A stretch of DNA of 64,000 bases from Vicugna vicugna. Taxonomy: Eukaryota. Location of the stretch: assembly GCA_013265495.1 (NCBI GenBank), contig MU057981.1, positions 124,001-188,000 of the forward strand, given 5' to 3'. Positions 1 through 14,104 of the stretch are shown one piece after another (position 1 is the first letter of the stretch; every line of letters starts with the position of its first letter). Made by a program: the position numbers and the translations under genes. The notes beneath the pieces are model-generated. The model had not been told where the DNA came from and did not search any database. It was given only the letters and a program-made list of their open reading frames with translations.

Positions 1-19
1 AATCAAAGTCAATTCTGGG

Positions 20-250
20 CAAAGACAGTTCTAGTTCTTCCTTCCCAACCTGAATAGCTTTTATTTTCTGACTTATTGCAACAATGACTTCCATTTTGGT
101 GTTGAAAAGGAGTGGTAAGAGGGCATATTGTTCTTTGTTCCTGGTCATAGATGAGTTTCAAGTTTCTCATCGTTTAGTAAGATGTTAGCTGGAGGTTTTG
201 TGTATATATTATCAACGTGAGGAAGCTCCTGTCTATTGTCTATACTGTTT
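20..250 (-). mobile_element. Old L1 ORF2 fragment
   Basis: Degenerate antisense L1 ORF2 text (ttcttccttccc...gaaaaggagtggtaagagggcat..ttgttcctg...gatgttagctg). Confidence 0.6.
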
Positions 251-1589
251 AAGGTAAAACAGCTCAAACATTCTATTCCTAGTAGCACTTCTGCTGCAAA
301 CACAAAGCAAAACAACAGAGAGGGAGGGAGAGCTGTGAGCTCATTATAGCTCATGGTGCTTGACTCCTTCTTTTAACCCACCATGAATCCCTAACACTTC
401 AAATGTACTCTTTAAGGGATTTGCTATCTTGTTGCATAAATGTTCTGTCCTGTTCAAATTTATTTTTTTCTCAGTGTCTCATAGAAAGCTTTGCCACACT
501 TGATGTCCAGTACCTTTCTGTTGTTGGGGATTTATTGCTGAGTGAAATAATAAAGTGTAGTAATAAAAATATATGGTATAGAATTGATGATTGAATCACT
601 GATGGTTGCATTGTACTGTTTCCCAAGTACATTGGTTCTATATTTGAAGAAAAAAACCTGATTATGTATTGCAGCCCTTGGTAACTTTTTATTCCTGATG
701 GCTTGTGCACAGTCAACTAAATTATCTCAATAATAATTCCAATAGCTCTAATGTAATATGGGACAGAGATTCAAATAATTCACTTATGTTCTTTAGAGCT
801 TTTTTATTTACACTAGTAGGACATTTACAAAAGGGAAAAATCACTCTGTTTTTGTACAGATTCACATGTGGTCACTTCAAGGTTCTCCACAAGGCACTAG
901 GAGATACTTCATCCTATCAATAGATTGTTGTTATCTCTTTAGCCAATAAGAATTTGACTCAGAGATACCTAATAAATAATAAAACATAAATGTTACCTAT
1001 CCCTTGCAGCTGCAGAGGGCTATGGTGTTACTAGCTCAGTCTGTGAATCATGGAGATTTAAAAACTGAAGCTAGCTGGGCTTCTGTGAGCTGCACAGCTT
1101 ATTACTGAAGTGACTATTACAAATACAAAGTGAGTTCAGTTCTTACCTTCCTTCTGTTCAGATGACAAACATAGCAACATAAATGTATAAAAGACCTCCC
1201 TCCAAAATTTTGTTACATTGGAACCCCATTTGTGATTGATGAATTATAATGTACAGTATTTAAATCATTTTGGATAGTATCATTTTTTAATATACACCTG
1301 TAGGAGTTTCCAGGGTAAGGGCTGTAATATAGATAAGAACGGTCAGGAAACTCACTTTCTTCTTCCCACAACCACAAAGCACCCAGATTGTCAGATGGAG
1401 AAAGGAAGGTTCATAGTCAATTACCTGAGGTTTATAAGGCTAACTCTGCCATGCTAATTATGTCCTAAACAGTATCAACAAACTGTTCCTGTTAATCAAA
1501 AAACAACATATGTGTGTGTGTGTATTTCCTTAAATCAAGGGAGCAGAATAAAGTAGTGTAATAAAAAAGTGTGATGTGGAAACAGAATT

Positions 1590-1790
1590 AGTTTTGTAGC
1601 TCTGCCATATGCTTATTGTATGATTTTGGGCAAATTCCTTAACTGATTTAAATGTCAATACCATAGTCTTTAAATTGGCTTCCACATAGTTCTTAACATA
1701 CAGGGTTTTTGTGAGAATTAAATAAATGAATAATGTTAAGTTACTCAATATAGTGCTGGCCACATCAGCAGCATGCAGTGAATGTTAAGC
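1590..1790 (+). mobile_element. MIR SINE remnant
   Basis: MIR core-like text: gctctgcca...ttgggcaaattccttaac...gtttttgtgagaattaaat...agtgctggc. Confidence 0.6.
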
Positions 1791-2104
1791 AGAACTGTAA
1801 CTGCAAAATCCCAGTATTAATGCCAAAATTACTTAGTGATAAGTTTAAGAAATACAGAGTCTACCTTACATCTCAAAACTCTCCTGAAGAACAAAAAGGA
1901 AGATTTTAAGACATGAAGAGAGTGATTATATCCTTGCAAGGAAAGGCTTAATTGTACAGAGTTGTGAGTTACCCCCAAATTCATTTAAAAATCTATCAAC
2001 ATTTCTTTTTAGGTATTAGGAATTTATTTTAAATTTTGTCATAAAAACAAATGAGCTTTCCTCAATAAAATTATCCAAGGTAATCATTAGAAATTATTTT
2101 AATT

Positions 2105-2461
2105 CATTCTCTCTGCTTAAAAATACCATAGACTGTGCATCTTATAAACAGTAGAAAATGAGGTCTCACAGTTTTAAAGGCTGAGGAGTCTAAAACCAAA
2201 GGATGGCAGATCTGGTCTCTGGTGAGGAGCCACCTCCTAGACAGTTGTCTTTTGGCAGTGTCCTCACATGGTGGAAGCAGCAAGGAAGCATCAAGGAAGC
2301 ATCTCAGGCCTCTTTTATAAAGGCACAAGCTGCATCCATGAGGACCCCACCCTGATGACCAAGTCACCTCCCTAAGAGACCTATGTCTTAAAACCATCAC
2401 CTCAAGAGTTACAATTTCAACATACAAGTCTTGGGGGGACATAGACATTGAGACCATAGCA
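2105..2461 (-). mobile_element. MaLR solo LTR (MLT1A-like)
   Basis: Reverse complement starts tgctatggtctcaatgtctatgtccccccaagacttgtatgttgaa, matching the MLT1A start; ~355 bp. Confidence 0.8.
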
Positions 2462-3475
2462 CAAATGTAATTAAAATGTGTTACTGCTGGGTTAAATAAG
2501 AACTTTGTGTCAGAGTACACAGGAAAAGGAAAAGGTGGCCCCAGGGATGGCAAGAAGTGTTAAGACTGGCTCCCTGACAGAGGGCCTAACACTGGTAATT
2601 CACATCTGTAACTTTCACATCCCCGTTATAAATACTCTGAATTCAGTGGATAAGAAACACCAGCAAGTCACAGTAGCATGAAACAAGCTCTAGGGCAGTG
2701 TTCACATCAGAGTGCCTCTGCTTCACACACATCTGTCTTAAGCCATAGCTTTTTTTTTTTTAACCTATCATGTTGCCTTTTGCTACTTATCAAATCAGCA
2801 AAGTGTAAATCAACATACACATTTCCATTTTCCCTTCAACTTCTCTTTGGTTCTTTAGGTCTAAAAATGTGGGGAAGAGAGGGGTGGAGAGTTGAAAGAG
2901 TAATAAAGCTTCTATTCAACAAGCCAGGAGCTAATATTTAATATCATTCCAACTTGAGTGTCTTTTGTTTTAAAAAAAATCATCATCATCATTATCATAA
3001 AAGACAACTATAAGTGAAAATTTGAAGAAAATTAGACCTTTGTAACTAAAAATCAGTATCATTAACATAATTAAACATAACTGAGTACTGATTTAACCCT
3101 CTCTCCAAGACTCTAAAGGACAATAATAAATTAGAAATACCACAAGGAGAGAACAAATAGGAAAAAACTACAGCAGAGTGCTAGAGACACAGGCCTCCCA
3201 TGGGCCTGCTGTGGGCTGTCTGGCTGGGGTCTTGAAAAACCTTTAAAAAAGAAACTGCTTACTGCTCGATAGAGTAATTTGTGCTGTTTTTTTAAGAATC
3301 TCAAGTCTCCTGAGTCATCACTTGCCAAATTGACATTTGTTTTTCACTGTCATTTTAATGTGTGTACCTGTTGGGGCTCCAAAATGTTTTTTATACATAT
3401 ATATATACACACATACACACACATTTTTGGAAGACAAAAGTTATTGTTTCTCTTTATAGATTAAGAAAATCAAGA

Positions 3476-3985
3476 CACAATAGTCAAAAATTGGAAGCAA
3501 CACGTGTCTATCAATAGATAAATAAATTAAAATGTGGTCTATATATGTATATAAATACATATATAAATAATATACATATAAATAAACAAATAAATATGTT
3601 TATACATTTTCTTTCCTTTTTTTCCTTTCTTTAAAGAGGAAGGACATTCTGACAAATGCTGCAACATGGATGAAGTTTGATAACATTATGCTAAGTGAAA
3701 TAAGCCAGTCACAAAAGGACGGATGCTGTATGAGTCCACTTAAATGAGGCACCTGGAGAATTCAGACTTACAGAGACAGGAAGGGGAATGGTGGTGGCTA
3801 GGGACTAAGGGGAGGTGGAAATGAAAAGTTAGTGTTTAGTGGATACAAAATTTTAGTTGGAAACGTTGCAAAAGTTTTGAAGTTGTATGACGGTGATGGT
3901 TGCATTACAATGTGAATGTTCTTAATATACTTTAAATGGTTAAAATGGTAAATTTTATTTTGCATATATTATATAACACTTAAAT
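3476..3985 (+). mobile_element. Old L1 (L1MA/L1MB-type) 3' end
   Basis: gcaacatggatgaa...cattatgctaagtgaaataagccagtcacaaaaggac and ggtgatggttgca...aatggttaaaatggtaaatttta. Confidence 0.8.
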
Positions 3986-5450
3986 TAAATCAGCAGATAT
4001 GAATCTCGGTTCACAGATTCTGAAGTACAAGAAATTTAATTCTATTTCAAGCCCTAATTGATCCAAGGTGGCAAAAAATTTGCTTCAATCAATCACTTAA
4101 TCCTACCAGCTCCTTTCCCTCCTTCTGTTCAAGTGTCCCAGGGGAGGAAGCTCACATAGAATCAAGCTTTTCAGGATGTGAGGACCTACCTTGTCTTCAA
4201 CAGCTCTATCAGGTCAGTGCCTACTGAGATACCTCTCAATCCAGGACCATGCATATTCCAATTAAGAAGTCCCTTTTTTCACATATAAATCTGGCTTAAA
4301 AGAACCTCTGAGCACCTGGTGCAGCTGGGGTCTTGTTGCCCACCTAGGGAGGACTCAGGGTCCACAAGCAGGTCCTAAACCCTCCCAGCTCTCAAGTCCC
4401 TTAAACCTCTCTAGGCTCTTGCTTCCCCTCTTAAGCCCATGAAACTCTCATTATCTCTTCTCCATTTTTTGACCCTTTTCCAATACTGAAAAAAAATCCT
4501 TTTACTTTTTAAAAATCTGAACAGTACTGGGGGATATTTAGTAAAGTTTTGTGGAAAGGTCCTTTTTTCTCCCTTTAATTTTCTCCATACATTTGTGACT
4601 CTGGTCTCTAAATGTGAAGTATTTGGAACTTAAAAGTCAGAGCCTACCAGCCTTTTTCATGGTTCATAATGTTACAATCCCTCTCCAATGTAAGGAGCAC
4701 AGAATAGCACATCTGAAGAGGAATGGAAATGTTTGACAGAGAGAGAATGGGAGAAATAACTAACATGTGTAATACTCAACTGAACAAAACACTTAAGTGT
4801 TATTGAGTCATATTTGCACTTTTAAATGCAAAGTAACCACTCCAAATGTTCAAAAATTCAGAGCTGCAGAAGTCTTCATGCTGTACCCAAAGGCCAGGTA
4901 GCGCTGTGTGCCTTGGGTGCCAGAAATCATTCTTTTCTTGCTCATTCTCTTTCCCTTTCTTCCCTCTGCACTTCTCTGCTTTCTTTGGCTTTCTCTCCTT
5001 GCAGGTACTGTGAAAAACAGTGGAAAAAAGTTATTAAAAAAGGTAGACATTCTAACAAAAACTGTAATAGGTTTCTTTGGAAAAATAATGCAAAGAATTT
5101 TTCTATAACAGATGTTCCTCATATAGCACATGTGGAACATATATGGGTGAAGTATTGAGCCAGAATTTTATATTTAAAACTTCCAAAAATTTTTTCAGGT
5201 AAAATAAATAGCCTAATTTTACAGAAAAGGAAACAATGCTTCTGAAATTAAACATGTTGGGCAATTTTATTCCAGCCATTCAGCTATTAAGTGACATCAC
5301 ATTCCACTGCAGACCATTATGTCCTCAAATCTCACACTTATGAGGGAATTCTGTGTTTCCATTCACTAACACTCACAGTTTCATAAATTTATACAACACT
5401 TCATGCCTCTGAAAACATTTTGAAAATTTCTTGAGGCCTACAGCTATCAA

Positions 5451-5953
5451 ACCTACACTGCTGGTGGGAATGAAGCTTGGTGAAGCCATTACAGAAAACA
5501 GTATGGAGATTCCTCAAAAAACTAAAAATAGACTTACCCTATGATTCAGCAATCTCACTTCTGGGTATATATTCAGAAGGAACTCTAATTCAAAAAGATA
5601 CCTGCACCCCAGTGTTCACAGCAGCACTATATATAATAGCCAAGACATGGAAATAACCTAAATTTCCATCAACAGATAACTGGGTAAAGAAGTTGTGGCA
5701 TATTTATACAATGGAATAATACTAAGCCATAAAAAGTATAAAATAATGCCATTTGGAGCAACATGTATGGACTTAGAGATCATCATTCTAAGTGAAGTAA
5801 TCCAGAAAAAGAAATTTTGAGAGTTTGAGATTTGCAAATGTTAACCACTATATATAAAAATAGATTTTAAAAAGTTTCTTTTGTATAGCGCATTGTTCTG
5901 TACACCAGAAATTAAGCAAACAAATAAACATGTCTTTTAAATAAATAAAAAAA
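5451..5953 (+). mobile_element. 5'-truncated lineage-specific L1 3' end with internal deletions
   Basis: Matches the 3' end of the L1s at 8350 and 26875 (gaaaacagtatggagattcctc...gagtttgagatttgcaaatgtta); A-rich tail. Confidence 0.85.
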
Positions 5954-6899
5954 TCTAATAGCCCGGACAAAGTCCCCTGATGGCCTCCAGAACGGGTAAT
6001 TTTTCACAGGGAGGTAACTTGCTGCTTTTCTCACAGCCCTGCTGTCCATAGAATGGCTTCTAGGTCTCTATTATGGATTCAAGTGAGTTGGGTTTCATGG
6101 TCTATTCAAGGGTGCATGTATGTGTATGTGTGTGTGTGTGTGTACGTGGTTTTCAGGGATCAGCTGGCAAACAGAAAAGATATAGATTGACAATTAGCAG
6201 TCAAGATCAATAACTGAAACTGGATAATCTGACATCAAACAAACCTCACTTACCATGTTTTGCTTTCACATCTCTGACATTCCTAATACTGATGCTGTTT
6301 TCAGCATTCTGTTGACTTCCCCTAGGCATTTTGCCCTAAATTAAAATATATGGGGAAAAAATGAGCCATTTTGTTACAAGTTGAGTTGCTGACATTTTCT
6401 TCCTTTGACAAGTCCTGACTTATCTCCCAGCACTATCACATGTGTGCTAGTGTATTTTTCTGTGTATTGTCTCACTTTAAATGAGCTATAATCTTTTACA
6501 TCATAGTATTGATTATGCTTTTAAAAAAGATTCTCTAATTCCATTATACTTCCTGATCAACTTATATCATTTTGCATGAGAATTTTTCTTTTTCTTACCA
6601 GGCAAAATGTTTTTATTTTGCATTAGTCTATATATCATTTGCAGAATGTTGAATTATATCTCCAAGATTTATTTTGAAAAGTGTTAGTTTGCTTTTAAAA
6701 AAAGTCAGGCCATTTGACAATTTCAGTTTCTTTTCCTGATGTGTGTTTCTGCTTATTTACTGAGTACATACCAGAACTCATAGGCAGTGCGGAAGTTAAA
6801 ATCATATTAATCATTAATTAAAATGAAATTTAAAATAATGAATATTATTGTAACAATGTATATTAAGTTGTCACCAAATGCTAGACAGCATGCAAAAGG

Positions 6900-7120
6900 G
6901 CTTTATGACTCCTTAAGTAATAATAATAAACATTCATTGAATGTTTATGCCCTGAGGAATTTCAATTTTGTTTATATAAAGAACATATATCATTCTCAGG
7001 ATCACTCTATGATGCAGGTACTGCAATTATTCCCATATTCAGATAAGAAGTTAAGGCAAAGAAGAAACTAAGTGACTTGATCACAGATAGTAAGTGGCAG
7101 AGACAGGATTCTAAGCTTCT
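6900..7120 (-). mobile_element. MIR SINE remnant
   Basis: attattcccatattcagataagaagttaaggc...aagtgacttg...agtaagtggcagagacaggatt is the antisense MIR core. Confidence 0.65.
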
Positions 7121-8084
7121 TAATCACTGCAGTTTTTTGTAGGTATTGGTGTTTTTGTCATTGTATATTTTGCTTTACTATCTAGAAAGCACATAAAAGA
7201 TCAAAGTCTTCCAAAGGAAAGCACTTAAATTCCCATTTGCCCACAAAGCTTACCTAGAAGTTTACTTAGGAAGTTTAATCCCTCTTTCACAGCATCTCCT
7301 TTACTAGTTATGACAGAATAAGTCTCGAGTATTTAGTGTGTTGCCTCCAACCTCACAGCTATTTAAAAATATCAGAGCCACCAGTTTTGGGATACATTGC
7401 TGTACTGAAGGACTCAAATAGGAGTAAGGGGCTCAGCTTGTACCCATTTTTCCCTAATTTTGCCTTCAAGTAATTACTCTGTAATAACACTTACTTTTAC
7501 AAGTTTGTTCTGCCCTATATCTCAGGCACAATATTAGGTTCTACTATAATGATTATGATTTTGTCACCTGTCCTAGTGAACATTTTTATATTTTTTAATT
7601 GCCCTTGAAATAGTTCTTTCAGAAGTCTTTCAAACCCTATTAGACAATTACTTGATGATGGGAAATCTTCTTTTGTCTGTTTCACAATTACTCTTCAGTC
7701 TTTCTCAGAGTAGGAACTCAGTAAATGTTTGTTGAAATGAATTAAAAGAAATTGACCTGCAGTGATGGTAAATGGCTCACAATATACTATCATACATTCT
7801 TTAAAGTGTACTTAAGTCTAGAGGTTTGAGGATCTAGACAGATGAGAAATTTAGTTCTATATATATTTATTCAATGTTCTTACCATGTCTTTCTTTTTTC
7901 TTAAATGTACTCCCAATACATTTTGTTGAATTTACATATAATGAAATATGCATATCACAAGTGCAGAGTTCACTAAGCTCATTCAAAACTAACACATACA
8001 AATAAAATATGATAGTATTTCATCTGTGCACAGGAGGCATCTGAACAGATGTTGTAAAGAAAATTATTTTAATTAATACACTTC

Positions 8085-8347
8085 TGTTATGGGTTGAATT
8101 GTGCCCCCCAAAATTTATGTGTTGAAGTTCTTACTCCCAGTACCTCAGAATGTGATCATACTTGGAAATAGGGTCATTGTAGAAATAATTAGTTAAGAAT
8201 ACAGAAATAAAACCAAGTTAAGATTGGAGTTACACTGTCACAGCCAAGGAGAGAGACTTGAACACATTCTTCTCTAGTTCCTCCAGGTAGAAAATGGCCC
8301 TGCTGACACCTTGATCTCAGTATTTTAGACTCCAGGACTGAGACAAG
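8085..8347 (+). mobile_element. MaLR LTR (MLT1B/C-like), 3'-truncated by L1
   Basis: tgttatgggttgaattgtgccccccaaaatttatgtgttgaagt...cccagtacctcagaatgtga. Confidence 0.75.
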
Positions 8348-8349
8348 AG

Positions 8350-11300
8350 GATAGAAATTATTTCAAGCATCTTTTCTGACGATAATGTCATGAAACTAGA
8401 AATCAACCACAGAAAAGCAAAGGAGGACTAAAACAACATTATGGAGATCGAACAACATGCTACTAAGAAAACAATGGGTCAATGATGAAATCAAAGAAGC
8501 AATCAAAAAATACTTTGAAACAAACAACAATAAAAACACAATAACACAAAAGCTATGGGATGCAGCAAAAGCAGTCCTAGGAGGGAAGTTCATAATGATA
8601 CAGGCTTTCCTCAAAAAACAAGAATAATCTCAAGTAAACAGCCTATCTTGCCACCTAAAAGGATAAGAAAAAGAAAAGCAAACAAAACCTAAATTCATCA
8701 GAAGGAAGGAAATAATAAAGATCAGAGAAGAAATAAAATAGAGATTTAAAAAATAGAAAAAATCAATTAAACCAAGAGCTGTTGTTTTGAAAGAGTAAAA
8801 AAAAAAAATTGACACACCTCTGACCAGGCTCACCAAGAAACAAAGAGAAAGAACACAGATAAAATAAGAAAGGAAAATGGAGAAATTACAACTAATATCA
8901 CAGAAACACACACAAAAAAAGTAAGAGAATACTATGGACAATCATATGGAAACAAATTGGACAACGTAGATGAAATGGACAAGTTTCTGGAAACATGCAG
9001 TCTATGAAGACTAAATTAAGAAGAAATTGACCACTTGAACAGACCAATCATTACAAATGAAGTAGAATCAGCAATTTAAAAAAAAACTTCCCTACAAACA
9101 AAAGCCCAAGACTGAATGGCTTCACCGGGGAATTATACCAAACATAAAAAGAAGAGCTCATATCAGTCCTTCTCAAACTATTCCAAAAGACTGAAAAGGA
9201 GGGAGTGCTCTCAAACTCATTCTATGAAGCCACCATCCCCCTGATATCAAAACCAAAGACACAACAAAGAAGTAAAATTACAGGGCAATATCATTGATGA
9301 ATATAGATGCAAATGTCCTCAACAAAACATTAGCAAACAGAATCCAACAGCACATGAAAACGATCATAAACCATGGTCAAGCTGGTTCATCCCAGGGTTA
9401 CAAGGGTGGTTCATCATAAGCAAATCAATAAATATAATACACCATATCAACAAGAGAAAAGACAAGAATCACATGTTCATCTCAATGGATGCAGAAAAAT
9501 CATCTGATAAAATTCAACACCCATTTATTATAAAAACTCTTACTAAGGTGGGTAGAGAGGGAACATATCTCAACATAATAAAAGTTACTGATGACAAACC
9601 CACAGCCAGCATAGCACTCAATGGTGAAAAACTGAAAGCCTTCCCACTAAAACCTGGGACAAGATAAGGATGCTCACTCTCACCACTTTTATTCAGCGCA
9701 GTCTTGGTAGTCCTAGCCACAGCAATCAGGCAAGAAAAAGACATGAAAAGGAATCCAGATTGGAGAGAAGATGTAAAATTGTCACTTTATGCAGTTGGCA
9801 TGATAATATATATACAAAACCCTAAAAGCTCTACACAAAAACTACTAGAGATGGTAAAAGTATGGCAAGATAGTAGGATACAAGATTAGATAACATACAG
9901 AAATCAGTGCATTTCTTCACACTAATAATGAATTAGCAGGAAAAGAAAGTATAGAAGCAATTCATTCTAAAATTGAATCCAAAATAATAAAATACTTAGG
10001 AATAAATCTGAACAAGGAGATGAAACACTTATATATGGAGACTTACACAAAATATTGATTAAGGAAATTGAAGATGACTTAACAAAATGGAAGACAACCC
10101 ATGCACTTGGATTGGAATAATCAATATTAAAATGGCCACACTGCCCAAGGCAATCTACCAATTTAATATGATCCATATCAAACTACCCAGGGCATTTTTC
10201 ACAGAATTACAACAAATAATACTAAAATTTATGTTGAATCACAAAAGATCCAGACCTGCCAAAGCAATACTGAAGAAAAAGAATGAAGCTGGAGGAATAA
10301 CTCTCCCAAATTCAGACAATACTACAGAGCTACAGTAGTCAAAACAGTGTGGTATTGGCATAAAGACAAATATATGGATCAATGGAGCAGAATAGAGAAC
10401 ACAGAAATAAACCCACAGACCCACAGTCTATGACAAAGGAGGCAAGAGCATAAAATGGAGAAAAGACAGTCTCTTCAGCAAGTGATGTTGGGAAAACTGG
10501 ACAGCAGCATGTAAATCAATGAAGTTAGAGCACTCCCTCACCCCATACACAAAAATAAGCTCACAGTGGCTTAAAGCCTTAAATATAAGACAAGACATGA
10601 TAAACCTCCTAGAAGAAAACATAAGCAGAACATTCTCTGACATAAATCTTAGCAATGTTTTCCCTATGGCAGTCTACCCAGGCAATAGAAATAAAATAAA
10701 AAATTAACAAATGGGACCTAATTAAACTTATAAGTTTTTTCACAGCAAAGGAAACCACAAGAAAAACAAAATGACAACCTACAAAATGGGACAAAATATT
10801 TGTAAAAGATGAGACTGACAAGGGCTTAATTTCCAGAATATATAAATGGCTCATACAACTTAATAACAACAACAACAATAAATAAATAAACAATCCAATC
10901 CAAAAATGGGCAGAAGACCTAAACAAGCAATTCTCCAATGAAGACATACAAATGGCCAATAGGCACATGAAAAAATGCTCAATATCACTAATTATCAGAG
11001 AAATGCAAATCAAAACTACAATGATATACCTCATACTAGTCAAAATGACCATGATTCAAAAGTTCATAAAAGAGAAATGCTGGAGAGGGTGTGAAGAAAA
11101 AAAAAAAACCCTCCTACATTGTTGGTAGGAATGTAGTTTGGTGCAGCCATTATGGAAAACAGTATGGAGATCCCCCAAAAGACTAAGAATTACCATATGA
11201 CGCAGCAATCCCAGTGTTGGGCATATGTCCAGAGGGAACTTTAATTTGAAAAGATACATTCACCCCAGTGTTCACAGCAGCATTATATACAATAGCCAAG

Positions 11301-11835
11301 ACATGGCTGCAATCTAAATGACCACTGAAAAGTTACTGGATAAAGAAGTTGTGGTATATTTATACAATGGAATACTACTCAATGATAAAACAGTATAAAA
11401 TAATGCCATTTGCAGCAACATAGATGGACCTGAAGATTATCATTCTAAGTGAAGTAAGACAGGAAAAGAAAGAAAATACCATATGATATCACTCATATGT
11501 GGAATCTAAAAAAAAAAAAAAAGGACACTGGTGTACTCATCTACAAAACAGAAACATACTCACAGACATAGTAAACCATCCTATGGTTACCAGAGAAAGA
11601 GAGTAGGAAGGGACAAATTTGGGAGCTTGAGATTTACAAATATTAGCCACTAAATATAAAAATAGATTAACAAAAAAAGTTTTTTCTATATAGCACAGAA
11701 AACTATATTCAATATCTTGTAATAACATTTAATGAAAATGAATATGTGTATGCACACGCATGGCTGGGACATTACACTGTACAGAAGAAATTGACCCACT
11801 CATTGTAACTGACTGTAATTAAATTTTTAAAAATT
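8350..11835 (+). mobile_element. L1 ORF2 (end of endonuclease, RT, Cys domain) plus 3'UTR, defective
   Basis: ORF fragments [41 protein letters not shown] and [16 protein letters not shown]; many stops and frameshifts. Confidence 0.95.
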
Positions 11836-11844
11836 TAAGAAATA

Positions 11845-12460
11845 GGACAAAAAATCAGTGAGCTAGAAGAAAAACTGAGACACCTCTGGGACAATATAAA
11901 GCACACAACATTCACATTGCAGGGATCCCCGAAGGAGAAGAGACAGAGAAAAGGCCCAGGAAAATATCTGAAGAGATGATAGCTGAATATTTCCCTAATG
12001 TGGGTAAGGAAACAGTCACCCATCCCGGAAGTGCAGCGAGTGCCACCCAGGATTACCCCAAAGAGGAGCCCACCAAGACATATTATCCTTAAAATTTCAA
12101 AAATTAAAGATAAAGAGAGAATATCAAAAGTGTCAAGGGAAAAGCAACAAATAACATACAAGGGAACTCCATAAGGTTATCAGCTGCTTTTTCAACAGAA
12201 ACCCTGCAGGCCAGAAGGGAGTGGCATGATATATTTAAAGTGATGAAAGAAAAACCTACAGCTAAGAACATTATATCCAGCAAGGCTCTTGTTCAGATTT
12301 TTTGGAGAAATCAAAAGCTTTGCAGACAAGCAAAAGATCAACGAATTTAGCACCACCAAACCAGCTTTACAACAAATGCTAAAGGAACTTCTCTAAGCCG
12401 AGAAGGAAAGGCCACAACTAGAAACAAACAAACAAACAAGCTCACTGGTAAAGACAAATT
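11845..12460 (+). mobile_element. L1 ORF1 fragment
   Basis: ctctgggacaatataaagcac..acattcacattgcagggatccccgaaggagaag (LWDNIK..IHIAGIPEGE) and gaaaccctgcaggccagaagggagtggcatgatatattt (ETLQARREWHDIF). Confidence 0.9.
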
Positions 12461-13382
12461 TCAAATACATTCTCAAACCTGTCACATCTTGCCTCCCAGA
12501 GGTATTCATTCAGCAATACCGCATGTCTTCTTGGCCAAGTGCTGGGCTGGAGGCCTGTAATACACTGGAAACCAAGGCATAGACTCTGTTCCCAGGTGGC
12601 TGAGCCTCAGTTATAATAAAATACAGAGAAAGCTGTTGTAGGCAGAGTACCAGATAATTAAAATTATGACCTATCCCCTTCTCACAATTCTTAAAATCAT
12701 TATTCATTTTTCTTACCCTGATAGTCCTTCAGGATACACAGGATCTTAGCAAAGTTCCCCAGGGCAAAGCAGACTTAGTGCTGGGCAAGGGAGACATTGT
12801 GGACCCCACCCTGGCTGTGCTGAATAGGAGAATTTCCCTTTGACTCCCACTGAGACCTACTGCCCACATTCCACTGTCTCCTAGGTATTCAGGGATAACC
12901 CCACTGTCTTGTGAGCACGTCAATTGCTACCCAAAGATCTACATTGCACATACAGAAGGCAACGTGTTTTAAAATTTTTCTGCTACTTTACATTGATTGT
13001 CAAAGTATTTTACTTAAATTCAGATGTTTACAGATGGTTGAGGGAAGAGAGGAAGAAAGACAAGTGGACATAGATGGGGTTGGACACAGAATTTCACATG
13101 TCTAGGTGTCACAAGAGACAACTTCCACTCAGTGGCTCACCTTATATTTGTGACTTAGTAGACTTACTTTAGCTTCCACATGAGGTTGAAGAAGAAAAAC
13201 ATATGTCTCTCTCTCTCTATATATAGACATATGCTTTTATAAATATATATAGGTATATATACATTTATACATCATATATATATACCCTAAAGAAATTCTT
13301 AGTTTATGAAACATGTTCTGATGAAGGTTAAATTAGAAAAGACCACTTTTGCAGAGTGGAGTGTTTCTCATAAGCAGTTACA

Positions 13383-13400
13383 CAGCGCCCTCTGGTGGCC
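13383..13400 (-). promoter_or_regulatory. CTCF-binding motif
   Basis: Minus strand reads GGCCACCAGAGGGCGCTG, essentially the CTCF core consensus. Confidence 0.65.
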
Positions 13401-14104
13401 TTGTGAGAAATGGCATGAGTGCTGCTTGGCTCCATGGATTTGTCAGACAACATTCACACTGAGACAGTATCAGTCTTGCTGTTAGAAGAAACCAAATTCT
13501 GTAAGTCAAAGTTTTGGTGGTCCCTTGTAGTGGAAGTCCTTGTCTGGACCATGACATAACAGGGCACTTCCTAAGTACAATGTCTCAGGGAGTGTTGGTG
13601 GAGTACCTGAGTCAGGCCCTGGGTCCAGAGCAGAGAACAGAGAGGAGGTCATTGCCTCACAGGACCGGAAGGGAGAGGCTGGGAACATGCTGGGGTCACT
13701 TGTCCACAACCCAGCTCTGTGTGTCTGATACATAGAAAGTAGTCTATCCAACAAAGGACATTTATGACATTTTGATGTTTATATTAACACTAAAACATAA
13801 ATAAAAAGTAGAAATCTATCACACAACATATTTATCTAATTTCACCTAAGTTTCTGTAGAACTTGAAAAAATGAGACCACCCTATATTACCACTTTTTCA
13901 GATAAGTTATTATCACATCCATTTAAAACTTTAGAAAACATGAATTTAATTGTTGCATAATATTCCTATAATCCTTTTAATTAAAGGACCTGTTTCTATT
14001 GTTCCTGCTCCCAGCTTCCTCCACAACTATGTATTGTTCTTCTTTGAAATTGGAGCCAAATTCTACCCTACACAGGCAGGTTCTAAATCTAGGATCACTC
14101 CCTG

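Noticed and set aside
4826..5158. Overlapping ORFs or an exon around a purine/pyrimidine tract (CRGKKGK resembles the IGF1 Eb end)
   Set aside because: Low-complexity match of a few residues, with no other recognisable exons or homology.
12718..12940. Exon-like segment on the minus strand with a gtaaga donor
   Set aside because: The frame I checked contains stops and I recognise no homology.
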